Source: Lepidodermella squamata (taxonomy: Eukaryota; Animalia; Gastrotricha). Taken from it: a DNA stretch of 64,000 nucleotides. The first letter of the stretch is position 1; each line of letters starts with the position of its first letter. The position numbers were made by a program, and so were the translations under genes. The notes below the pieces were generated by a model that saw only the letters and a program-made list of their open reading frames with translations, searched no databases and was not told the origin of the DNA. The stretch is taken from assembly GCA_047495785.1 (NCBI GenBank), contig JBLDXI010000011.1, positions 1,612,001 through 1,676,000 on the forward strand. Reading direction: 5' to 3'. This document shows, piece after piece, positions 12,701 through 25,287 of this stretch.

Positions 12701-15700
12701 ATTTATATTAACGCCTTGTTTTCTATCATTTGCGGTTATTATTATTATCATGCCTTAGTGACCGGCGAACAAAATATCGCATCTCTTCTTTCTTTCTGAA
12801 AAAAGCGCGCCGAACAACAACAAACACTTGCTCTGAATACCGGCAAGTCGTAAATGCTAATTATGGCTAAAAAAATTACTGAAATGAGAAACTCAAAATA
12901 ATATGAATTTTCAGCGTTTTCTCATGATTCTTAAAATTCAACAATTTTTCCGAAATTTTTCTGATTTTATAGGATTTTTCAAATATTTTCCCAACTGTTT
13001 TGGGTTTGGTGTGGGAAATGGTTGCGTAACTGCGATGATATTATGACCTTTTCATGGGATACATTTCCGTTTAACGCTGTTGCGGCCGTATTTTAATAAG
13101 TTTATCATCATCATTACTATTATAACTCGTTCGCACTCATTATAACAGTTTCAAGTTTCTACAAACTCACTAAACGCTGCTGTTAATATACTTTGCGCCT
13201 GTAAATGAGTATATACTTTCACCTATAAATATACTTGTTTTAAGGTGACCTCAATTTATTCAGCGCACACAGCGCGCGCGCGCGTTAACAAAGCGAAACC
13301 CCGCCGAACACGCGCGTAAAACTTGAAATGAGTATATTATTATAACTGCTACTGTTAATATCTATATTTAGTGCCCTAAAGAGTGTAAATGACGGCAATT
13401 ATGAGGTCTTTTACAACGCCGTTGAAATATATATCGTAGAAATGCTTTATGATGGCGCATACCTTTTACTATTTCTACACGATTCATATTTAATCGCTCT
13501 GTTATGAAATTCCACGCGCGGTTAAAACGTCCTCCTTAATATTTATAAAAAAATATTTTTGTAGCCAGTGCCTCAATAAAAAAATTTGGATTTTTTTCTT
13601 ATTTTTTAGGAGGGCCCATTGTCGAGTGCGTTACCCATGGGTGGTTTTTGAGACACCCTGCAAAGTCACGGTAAAAAAATGTCGCACCGGCTCGCCACAA
13701 ATAATAAAACGCGCATAATAATGTGGGAAACGCTGAAGAATTATCCCGTAACATCAAATACTATCTAGCAAAACCTATACCTATATCTAGCCGCCAGTCA
13801 GTCAGTCAGTCAGTCATAACTCGCATTAATCGCATGGCAAACAGCGGCTATATAGGCGCGACAAGTTCACACCTTACGATGATGAGACATGAGACACCCT
13901 GGAAAATGAAGATGATGGACATCTTGGCACCTTTTCTAGGTAGTTAGTTATTATTATTTATATTTATTTACCCAGTTATGTCCGGCTCGCCCCACCGCCC
14001 GAGCACGTGAGCGGAGGTGCGCGTGAAATTATAGTAGGTATAGGTAATAATAATTGGCATTTTATTACCCGCCTCACACAGGTGTAACCACCCTGGTTTT
14101 GTTTACCTGTGTGACGTCTCAATATAAATAATGCAAAGCGCGCCTTTTGTTCTTTTCGTTCGCTTACGTAGTATTTCTACCTACCTATAACGTATATTAC
14201 TACTGTCTGTTGATAGGCTGTCCGAGAATCATCGCACAGCAGTTGGGCGCTTTTTGCGTTAATATTTTAATATTTAACGAAAAAATTTTCATCAACGCCG
14301 CTGTTTTGCCTTCGACGGCAAACAACAATCCGCGCTCTCGAGCCGCAAGAGCCACGCGCGCGGCAAGTGGGCCAACTAATCTTTCGGCTACGGCTAAATA
14401 ATTGGCTCAACAAAGCAGCAGTCTCGTCCGTCGTCTGCCCTTTATGAGTGTAATATTGTGATTTTATAATATTGTAATCTGGCGCTCGCGGTCAATTTTG
14501 CGCGCTAGCTCGCTCGGCGTGTTGTAAAACAATTTATTTAATTATTATTTTCTCAATGACTTTTCGGCTGAGACACGACGCCAAATATTTGTTCTATATA
14601 CTTGAAATATTCATAATTTTACCTCGTTTCGTTTTACAATTGAATCCAACAACAGGTGTTTTTAGGCGGATGTCACTCGTTTGCTTCATTTTTTAATTAT
14701 TTTATTTCCCAATTTTTCGAAAATGGTTCTCGAAATTCTTTAGATATATATGGTTTCCTGAGAAAGGAACCTTAATTGGATATTTTCTAACAGCTTTCGC
14801 ATTTTTTTAGGAATTTTGCGCATATTTCAAGTTCCTCCTTAATATTTCCCCACTTTGATCTGATTTTGATCCTTAGGAATGTTCTCAAAGCAAACCAGCT
14901 ACCTATTGATACTTCGGCTGAAATCAGCTTTATTTTATTTCATTTTGATCCCATTTTGATCTCAGTTTGATATTTGAACGAAGAAAAATCCATGCACACT
15001 TATAGATTGCTGACAGCTGAATGTTGATTATTCTTCGATTTTATATTTTAGAAAATCCTGTTTCAGCGTTTCGTTTTCCCATTTCTTAGGTTCGATCAAA
15101 TTTAGATCAAATATTGCCTCATTTGCGCTCAATTATTTATCTTTGATTGTATCAGAGTAACTGTAAGGATTCGCAATTTTTAAACACTCTATGCAGTGAT
15201 TTTTCTCAACAACGTTGCGAAATCAAATGGATGATGATTTGAAGGCCGGCTCAGCTTTTATTGCCGATAAACATCGATCATCATCCTCATCATCATCGCC
15301 ACCTTAATCATCTTGTTTGTTTTCGCGCGCGCTCGAAAACGGCCATTTCTCGCGGCGAGTGGGAGCGCTGCGGCTCTCCCCTCTGTTTTATTGTTCGATC
15401 AACAAGAAGAGAGCGCGGCGATCAAAATACAACCGCAAAAACAATAATTGCTATTTTTTCATCTCAACCCACATCGTTGTGTTTTTACTGTTTTTCTAAA
15501 TAATTCAAAACGCCGTGTATCCGCCTTAAAAAGGTGCTAAGTGGCGCGTCGTGAAATTACTATTATTTTTTAATTAATGGCCTTATATGTATAGTAGATA
15601 TTTAAATAATGCGCATTTTTATCATCATCATCCATCCAGGCTATTTTTCCGCCCGTTTCTGCGTGTGTGTGTTAAATTTATTATTTTATTGTAGTATTGC

Positions 15701-16910
15701 TCAGCCGCGCGCATTATTTATTGCGCGAAAAGAGCGCGCATATTTTTATTACACGCATGCCGCAACTTCGAAAATGCCGCCTCGACTGAAAAACTTCCGC
15801 TACTCTCGAGGAAATTTATCGCGCTTGACCGGTTACCCGAAAATATATCTCGCTCACAGGTGTGTTTCGCGAAAAAATCGAGAGTCCAGCTTAATGCGAG
15901 GGGAGAGGCTTATATTTTGGTCACTCTATTACCACCGCCCGCGCGCGAGCATGACTAGGCTCTCTATTCACCTGAGTGGCGTTTTCTTATCTTATCGGTC
16001 TCGCAATAACAGTAACCGGCTAAAACGCTGACCCGTTTTTGCGATAAGGTGACTAATATAGCTATGTAATTATTACATTATCGCGCAGAATTTTCGTCTT
16101 TATCAGCATCTCGATACAATAAAATGTTGCGCATAACAAACCACCACCCCCGTATGTTTATACTCTCGACACCACATTATAGCAAAATATTTCCGATTAT
16201 ATGTACATTAATATGCCGGCATATGTTGCGATTGTTATATAATATTTACTTATTTTTCGGTTTAATAATGAATAACTAATTTTTACCCGGCGAGTGTTTG
16301 GTCACGTTCACGGTTACACCGGTGCTGATATCCGGCTAACGGGTCAAAATCGCGCGAGCACCAAATAAAATCTCTTGACCTAATAATAATAAGGCTCATC
16401 GCGCGCATATAGGGTGTGCGTACACCTTTTATTACAGGTGTGCGCGAAAATTTGCACATTCTTCCACGCACACCTTTTACCTATATGATGTGTCCTTCGC
16501 ACTTGGTGAAACAAACACATTAGAATATGCGCCTTTTATATTGTAGTATCTCTCGTATTTTTCTCTGTGCGAATTATTCGCGGCGGTAAAGCGTGACGCG
16601 ACTCGACGAGCCTTATTAGCCGGCTAATAAGTGTCTCTTGAGCCGGTTTGGTCGTACGTTCGGGCAAATAGGCGGCGACACGTCGCAGCGCGTTGTAACA
16701 CCTTTTCAGAGGGTCTCAAGCCCACGCAACGCACGTGCCTCAACTTGTTTGAAATTCAACGGGAGTGATGAACCTGTGGGCGGACGCACACGGGTGCGCT
16801 ACCAATTATACGCGACGCGCCTTATCAAATTTTGCGGCGACCTAATTAAAATATTTGGATGTGCCGCTGGTCTCGTAAATAGTCTTTTGACCAATTCTTC
16901 TTCCGATTGC
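9780..16910. promoter_or_regulatory. Long non-coding region upstream of the Mesh-like gene, probably cis-regulatory
   Basis: No credible CDS. GCGCGC-rich, CpG-retaining blocks alternate with A/T-tract blocks. Recurrent motifs include CAGGTG/CACCTG, (A/G)CCGGT(T/A) and GGTGACCT. Confidence 0.45.
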
Positions 16911-17204
16911 TAACTTTTTTACTGAGTTGAGCAAATTTAGAGGAATTCATTAAGGAGGATGAAAATAGTATCATTCTGATTAATCTGAATCCGGTTTGAT
17001 ATGATTTCACTCGGAAAAATTGATCTTAGCAATTATTGATCAATTTCCGATCAAATCATGGACATTTATGTAAAATTGATTTTTATTATTAAGGCGGATT
17101 TAATTTTCATAATTTTTTCCATTCGTGATTTAAACATTAATGTCATGTTTTCTAGGGTTTTTACGGCTGTTACATAAAAATTATCAACTTTATTTGATAT
17201 TTAC

Positions 17205-20200
17205 ATGTCTCAGCGGCGCTTGATGCTGAGGTCGCTCGTGGCCTTGGCGCTATGCCTCATCCACGAGGCTTCATCAGCTACTCTTTTCCAATTAGCCCCA
17301 ACCAAAACCGTCGGCTCAAACGCGCGGACACCTGTTGATTTTACTGTCAATTTCTTCGGCCGGCGCTACAATCGGTTTTGGATCGAATGGAAATCTGGCA
17401 TTATTTCATTCGACGAAAACACAGCTTATGATACTGACGAAGTTAAATCATTCCCGAACCCGAATTACAAGCCTGACGCAGGTGAAGCCTGGCGGTTAGA
17501 TACGCCTCTGATCGCTGTATATTACGCGAATGCGAAAAAATTCCAACGGCCGCTGATTACGGTCGTAACACCGCAGAACCAGGTTGAGAATGCGAGCTTG
17601 GTGAGCGAGTGGTGCCGCGATTTGATCCATGCGAATGTCCCAGATTCAAACTCGTTCAAATGCGACCATTTCGCGCTCATCTCATGGGTCGGCTCAGGAC
17701 CAGGCGGTACATTTGCCGTGGTAAGAAAATTTTTTTGATCGACGTTTGATGTTGCATAAAATTTGATCTGTATTTGATCCACCTTTATTTTCGAGCCCAA
17801 TTTGATATTTGATCCTTATTATATCAGCTAATTTTTCAATTTTTTTATTCCTTTAGGTGCCTCGAAACAATTTTCAACTCTTGATCGCAACTTCTGGCGA
17901 AGAAACCTACACAATCTTCAATTACCAAGATCTGAGATGGCACGCTGATCAAAATAACGGCGGAAATGATAAGGGCATCATTGAATCGACTGACAGCCTC
18001 AATTTCCCGAAAGTAGGCTTCAACATGGGATCTGGCCGGCGATTCATGTCGCTGCCCTACTCGGGCCGGGCTGAGGTTATCAACCTTTCGGAAGGCGAGG
18101 CTTCGGTTCTACCGAAAAATTGGATGATTAACGAGGAAGATAAGTCGACCCAGCCGTCCGTTAAAGGCGTTTACGTCTACCGAATTTCGAGCCGGTTTGA
18201 AATTCTGCAAGGATCCTGCTATCTCGGCGCGTTAACAGCCGCGGCTAGCGAGCAGCATCGCAGTTTGCTGATCAGCCCATCGAGTGGGTACTTTATGGGC
18301 GGGCAACAGGTCACGATTCGCGGCCATTGCTTCGATAATAACATCGAGTATGAGATTCAGTTTGACACCGAACCTCGCATTACGGCACCCTGCAAATTCG
18401 TCGACCGGTTATCTATCACCTGCGTTCTTACCGACTGGTTCTTGCGACGCGGATACATTCCATTCCGGTTGTTCGAAAATAAATTTTCGACTAAATTCAC
18501 TGGAAATTTCTACGCAAGTAAGTGATTTTTTTGGTTTTCATCTTTTCTCAATTTTTGCTGAAAATTTTCAAAATTTGACGAAATATGAAAAGTTGGTATA
18601 ATTTTAAAAATATATTTTTTGCTCGTTTTTAGCCATTGTTGGACCCGCTGTGACTATGAACAATTACATGGATTTACCCGGCAAGTTGGAAGTCGAAAAA
18701 ATTCCGCTATCCTGGGACCACAAAATTTTCGCCAACTCGCAAGCTGAACACCTAATTGTCTCACTCTACGGCTACCGTGAAGTCGACGTAAGTCTCAACC
18801 TCCTTAAAACTTTTCAAACAATTTCAAAATTAATTTCGCTTGCTATATTAATAAATTTTTACTACTTACCTCATCGTCAATGCAGGAGCCTGAAAATGAA
18901 GATGAAAAATTACCGCCGGTTACTCTTACTCAGTTGTGGAGTGAAGAAATGGTAGGATTATTTCCCATAAAAAACACCGCTTCCTATTAGTCACTGCTGG
19001 TTTTTTCACCACTTTGCACGATTTTTCTCTGTTTCACCTGTTTGCACGATACAATTTTCGGTTTTGGCTTTGAATTTTCAATTTTTTCGTATTGAATTTT
19101 TTTTCTGATTTTTTTTCAATTTTCTACGATTTTTTCGAATTTGGAAAATATTGGAATTTTTCATTTTTCCAACTTTCTCCAATTTTTTCAATTTTTTAAT
19201 CATTTTTTTTTAATTTTTCAGAAAGAGCCAGTGCTGGATTATTTGAAAAACGTCGGCAATATCAGCTCAGTCGATGTGAGCACATTCATCGTCGAAGCCT
19301 CAAAAATCCGCTGCAAGTCCGAAGTCGACTGTAAACGCATGGACTCAGGCATTTTCGCTATTGAAGACCCAACAAACGGCCGCCGCATTTGGACGCCGCC
19401 CTTCCAACTCGGCTGGCTGTACACCCAGCTCGAAAAGCAACCCCGAACCGTCGCCAGCATTTGCCAGACGCGTTATTCCAAGGAGAAAAACCGCCAGGAG
19501 GAGGACTGGCGCGACGCTGTGCCCAACTGCCCGTGTTCGCAAAAGCAAGCCGAGGCTGATTTTCGATTTTTGAGGGAAGATAAATTCCTCGGGTTCGGAG
19601 ATGCGACCCGCTGCTATATTTCCTACCCGATTCGCGGCTCAACCGGGGCTAGCCAGTGTTGCTACCGGGTCGATGAGACTGGTCTACTGGTTTATTCGAA
19701 TGACTCAGCCTCCCCAATGGCTATCGACAGCCCGATGCTAAGAGCTCACTACCTCGGCGGGTTCCCTTTCAATCAATACGGCCGGGTTCCAGTGTTTTCC
19801 TACCTAAGTACTGATCAGTTGCTGAAGCATACCTGCTGCCAATGGGCTCAGAAAACTTCGCCGACTTCTTGCTCGTATTATAAGGAAATTCGCGCGACGA
19901 AAGATTGTTCCGTTTACCGAACGCCGCATTTAGCGTCTGCGTATGGCTTGGGGCATTTTAAGACGTTCCGGGGCACGTTTTATCAGTTCTATGGCAAGGG
20001 CGAGTACGTGCTGATGAAGGGCGAAGATTTGACGATTCAGGGACGCTTTGAACAGGTCGAAAATATCAATACGGGTAAATACAATTTTACGCTAAAATTT
20101 TGAAATTTAATTTTCGATGTTTTTTGAGATAATTTTTTTGTTTTAGAATTTTTCAGAAATTTATAGTATATTAAGAAATTTTATGAATTTCGAAATTCAA

Positions 20201-22571
20201 AAATACTCTATACGCTTATACTTATGAAATTTTGATTCCATTGTCAGACTGAATAAGAAATTTCGTAAAAATTCCAAAATTTCAAGAAAATTTCAAAATG
20301 AATAAATTCCATTTTTTTTATTTCAAAAATATTTAAAAATCTGAAAAACCTGGGTGATTTTCTAGAATTTTTATAATTTTTTGAGATGAGAGTGAAAAAA
20401 TCAGAAAAATCCAAATGATATAGACTTTTATTCTGAAATATTCTGAATTTGTCAGTTTTCGTATTGTTTATTTTGTTATTTTGTTGATATTTAAAATAAA
20501 TAAAGCAAAAGTTCAGCGAATTCACTGTAGCCTTCCAGAGTTGATTTTTTGGCATTTTTTTAGTCGTAGAAAATCCCAGAATTATTCTGGAGTGGTGGGG
20601 AAAATTTGAGAAAATAAAAGAAAATATTTAGTTTTTTTCGAAAAAATTGAATTTCTATTTGAATTTTTAATATTTTTCTAGATGAACCAGCCGCCGCGAC
20701 TGGTATTACAGCAATTGGCGCTAAAGTCCAGTGCAAATATGGCTCATCAAAAGTCTACGTCCAGCACAACAAATTCGACCCGCCCGGGCTTTACGTCTAC
20801 GTCGACGGCGTGAAGCAGGAACACATCGACATTCGCTTTAAAGACGGCCGAGCCGTGACGAAAAACATGATCGAATCACCCTGCATCACCGTTATCTACG
20901 ACGTCGACGACCGTGCTGAGAGTGTCAACCTCCTGCTAGCTGATGGCGCTGTTGTCCGCGTCCGGGCTGTATCTCAGGTGCTAAATCTCGACGTTCAAAT
21001 GCCGGATAACACGAAAAAATACGACACCATGCCGAAATATACCGGTCTGCTAGGCGAGCTATCGGCCGAAAAGCGCGCACCTGGTCACGATTTGACAGAC
21101 CTAGAGGGTAATCGCATCGTTGAACCGCACGAAATTCAACTGCCGGCACGCATTGAAAACCTAGCGGCGACAAGCTTGGTGCGTGACCAAATCGAATCGG
21201 TCATGCTATGGTTCAGTGAACACCTTAAACCTATCGATTACCACGATGCGGAATTCAAGGCGGATTACCGGCGTCACGATGTCGCGAATTATCATGTCGT
21301 CAGTGAAGCGGAACATCGCCCCACTCCAGCCGTTCCGGTTGAGGTGACGCAAAAAATCGAGGAAATCAAAACTACCCAGCATACTATTAAGGTGGAAGAT
21401 TCAAACTCGACTCATCACCACCATGTTGAAACTAATAGAACCAGTCAACCGGAACAGGGCCTATCAGCTACGCCAATGAATGCGTTGGCGAAGCGGAGAA
21501 GGCGCCGTGAGGTGTTTACGCCCTCCTACCTCGAAACCCCGGATGCCTATGACCTGAGGATGACGGGTGATGCTCGGCTGCAGGCTGCGACAAAAGCGGC
21601 GGATAGCTTTTCGCACGAGTTCCAGCGCGATTTGGTTGATAATCAGGATGTTTACTGTCCGTTTTTGAATATCCCAAATGCGGTGAAATCGACGAAAAAC
21701 ACGCGCCAGGGCGCTGAGGTGACGATTAAAGACTGTTATCCGGGTTTCAAAATGCTGAGCGCCAAGCCGGTAACGTACCGGTGTAGCCCGGTCAACGGCT
21801 CTGATGTCGCTCGGGCACACTGGGTGCCTGAACCCAGCATGACCCATTGCACAGGTAAGAATACAAAATAGAACATAGACATTTTGTAAATAAAATTTTA
21901 AATTTGAACTAAGCAAAAGTTTTCCGAAAAGCTATCCGATTCGATTTTCTGATCATATCAGGATCAAAAATTGATCAATTTGCTTTTATCAAGTTTTGAT
22001 CAAAAATGGATCCAATTAGAAATTGATCACTCTTTGATTAGAATTATTTTTTCTTATTTTTATATGCAAGACCACCATAATATAAAGTTCTGAAAAATTA
22101 TGTTTTTAATTTTTCGATTTTATTCCAGTTGTTACAACGGCGTCAGAAGTCACACAGCAAGGCATGTCAACCCTCTACATCGTATTAATCGCCCTGGGCG
22201 CTCTCCTCGTCGTTGCTATGATCGTCGTCACAATCTTCATCATCCGCAACAAATCCGCGCAGAAAGCGAAAACCGCAGCTGCTGGGGCCGATCCAGCCAC
22301 AAAGTACGGCGTTGACCCTAGCGTAGACACCGAAGAATCAGCGCCGTTGAACGAGGTAAAAGTGCTGCCGGGTAGCCGGCCGGGCAGTGTCGCTCCAGTG
22401 CCGATGAGCCCAACTGCGACTACGACAACCTCGGGCCAAAGTATGGGCCACTATGACGCGGCGGATTACAAGTCGCCGGTGACTATCCAACCGCCGACTG
22501 CCTTCCCACCCAGCTACTCATCGGCGGCCAACTCTCCCGCCCCAGTTGTTAAACCGGACGAAGACGTATAA
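17205..22571 (+). CDS. mesh: Mesh/SUSD2-family adhesion protein (NIDO, IPT/TIG, AMOP, VWD, Sushi, TM), ~1266 aa; exons 17205-17720, 17857-18517, 18633-18787, 19222-20074, 20682-21854, 22129-22571
   Basis: Signal peptide; NIDO (NNFQLLIATSGEETYTIFNY...VGFNMG); IPT (ISPSSGYFMGGQQVTIRGHCF); AMOP (CPCSQKQAEAD...SQCCY...CC.W...C..Y); VWD (HFKTFRGTFYQFYGKGEYVL); Sushi (CP...CYPGF...YRC...W...C); TM LYIVLIALGALLVVAMIVVTIFII. All five GT-AG junctions are phase-compatible. Confidence 0.9.
18886..18951 (+). other. Candidate 66-nt symmetric cassette exon of the Mesh-like gene (EPENEDEKLPPVTLTQLWSEEM)
   Basis: TGCAG acceptor at 18885 and GTAGGA donor at 18952. The exon is phase 0-0 and stop-free, and it lies inside a phase-0 intron. 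Confidence 0.55.
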
Positions 22572-24328
22572 CACTTCAAAACCGCGACAATCGTTTTTTA
22601 TTTCAAAAAATTACGCAACATAATTCAGGGCCAACAAAATCGAAACTTTTCCTAATTTTCTGATCAAATCAGGATCAATAAATGAATTTTCCAATAAAAA
22701 ATTTATCGAACTTTGATCTATACTTTTTGGATCAAAAACCGATCAAATTGATCAAAAGTGATCGCGATTTGACCATTTGATCAGAAAATTTCGGATTTTT
22801 CTCGAACATAATTAGGGCTGATTGATGATTTCCCTGAAATGATGAATTGATGATGAAAAAGCAGCCATCTAGTCCGTCACGGCGTTAAAGACTCTGATGA
22901 AAAAAGGTTGTAAATTTACTACGCTATAAATGGCAGGAAAAATACTTCGTGTTTATATATTATAATATTATAATAAATTTTATTGTAATTTTTATCGATA
23001 TAAAAAACCGCCTTCATGTTTTTGGGACAACGCCATTGTGTTATTTTGTTTCTCTCTTCTTTTGTTCTCTGTTTTTTCTCTCTGTCTGTCTCTCTCTCTC
23101 TCTCGCAAAGAATTGATGGGAAAAATTGGAAGATTTTTTTACCCATCGAAAAAATTTATCCGCAACCAACTAACAGCTAAACACGCCAACACGTCTCGTG
23201 CATTGATTTTTTCGATAAATAAAACGTATTTTATTCTCGACTGACTGTAAAATTCGACTCGTCTATCAATTTCAATGTCGAAATTTCTTAAATGAATGTT
23301 GAAATAACGCTAAATATTGTGTAAAATATTTACTATTGCTATATAGCTATTGCTATTGTAACAAGAGAGAACGACCTCAGCTTCTCGTTGTCACTTTTAA
23401 TGTAAATATTTTGAGATAGAATCGTGAAATATTGTTGCCAATATTATTATCTTGAAATTTCGATGAAGGTAAAAAAGAGTGGAAACGCTTGTGCGAAAAA
23501 TGCGGCGATAACTGTTTAATCACTTGAGAAAAACGTGAAAAATTGAAAATGTGAAAAATAACAATAAAAGAATGAAAAATGATAAAATACGACCGTTTGT
23601 TTTGGAATCCAAGTCTGACAAGTCGGCACCAGAAATGTACAGTTCAAGCACTAGATTCCAGCACTAGATTTTCCCTAAATATCGATTCTTTGACGTCCTC
23701 CTTAAAATCTCAATGTTTTACCGCTACGCCTAACCGATAGAACTCACGATTATGCATATTTTGGGTTATCGGTGATCATTCTATACGGGTTACCCTTCAG
23801 CCTGCAGAGCCGATATCGATTTTACACAACACTGATTTTCAGCTCGAACGCATTAATGTAGTTCTCGAATCTGGAACCTCAAGCAAGTTTCAGACCCAAG
23901 CAGAATGTATTTCCAAGTTGATTTCGCCAGGAATATGACATTTTCCTCCTTAACGTGTGGGTTTCAATTTTAACGACCTCAAGGTGCGAAATCACGCAAG
24001 GTCACGTGACAAACTTGGGATTCGCTCTTGAGTGGTTCGTGAACTTGGAGAAGTGGAGTATCTAAGTTAAAATCAAGCCAATCACAATTGCATAACTAGC
24101 AGTTGTTCTTATACATTGTGTACTCCCAATTGCCTTACTATGCAACGCCCTGATAAGATAAGCTAATATCATTCTCATTAGTAACCATGCGACTCAGACT
24201 ATAACCATGCGCAATAAGGCACCTAAAAATGGTTCTATACGCAAAGGACCACTCACCGCCCTCGTCGTCATCTGTCGCTACACTGATATGTATCCAACTA
24301 TGTAAACACCCTTCTGCTTATACCGAGC

Positions 24329-24913
24329 ATGACTTCGACGATTTTCGCGATTCTTCTCGCTGCCAGTACGATCGCAATCGTTGGCACAATGCCAATGAAC
24401 GCTAGGATCCAACTGATATTCAAGTCAGCCAACGGCGATAACGTGACAGTTATCCACGTTTTCAACACATCAATGGCGAGGTATTCGCCGCCTTCTGTAG
24501 CTGGATCTAATTTAGATCAAAATCGAGAACCGAGTAACGATCAAATGGTTACTCGATCGTCTTTCGGCTTTATTGAACGACATTCGATAAATACTACCTT
24601 AATCGCAATTTTAGTGCCAATGGGCTTTGTCTTTCTAATTCTAGCCATTGTCTTTAGCTTTATTGGCTATAAGGCGAGGAATCGACGAAACGGTAGTTAC
24701 AATGTATCGAGAGCTTCTCGAACTTTGGATGCAGCTAATTTAAGGTCGCCTGAGGTGACTACTTATTTCTTTGACCAGGCAGATCGATCGGGTGGCACGG
24801 TGCCAAGAATTCATTGCGAACCTTTGCCGAGCTATGATGAAGTCATGAAGGCGGACGCGGCCAAAAAAGAAGCTGGAATATCAGTGATTGCAACAAGGAC
24901 TACACGCTTGTGA
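24329..24913 (+). CDS. Single-exon small type I membrane protein (194 aa) with juxtamembrane RRNGSY, LPSY (PY) motif and C-terminal TTRL PDZ-binding motif
   Basis: Signal peptide MTSTIFAILLAASTIAIVG; N-glycosylation sequons NVT, NTS, NTT; TM LIAILVPMGFVFLILAIVFSFIGY; AATAAA at ~24940. Confidence 0.8.
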   Translation: MTSTIFAILLAASTIAIVGTMPMNARIQLIFKSANGDNVTVIHVFNTSMARYSPPSVAGSNLDQNREPSNDQMVTRSSFGFIERHSINTTLIAILVPMGFVFLILAIVFSFIGYKARNRRNGSYNVSRASRTLDAANLRSPEVTTYFFDQADRSGGTVPRIHCEPLPSYDEVMKADAAKKEAGISVIATRTTRL

Positions 24914-25287
24914 TACTTGGCATACTTGCTTTTGATTAAAATAAAACAGAATAATGTCCTTAGAATGATTCAAAACTTTGGGGTGGAAATACTTGAAAAT
25001 TGAACCTACTTGGGGTAGATTTCGAAGCCTTCCTTAAAGGGTTCTATGAAAATGCTTCTGGGTGTAAAGTTCCCTACCCCTTACCATCAATTTTGGAACT
25101 TGGGACAAATGCGACCATCAATTCTTTCACCAAAAACTTAACTTCTCTGAATGAGTCGTTCATTTAGGGAGAGTAATTTTTCATTTACTTTCATCATTTC
25201 CATTTGTGTATAAAATCTTAGTAGAAAACATGTCTATCAAATAACTAAACAACACAAAGAGCACATGAAAAAGTTGTAAGCCTTATT

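Noticed and set aside
9275-16913. Numerous 60-140 aa ORFs in the long intergenic region
   Set aside because: Low-complexity translations of AT-rich and GCGC-rich DNA, mostly with non-ATG starts, no domains and no consistent splice structure.
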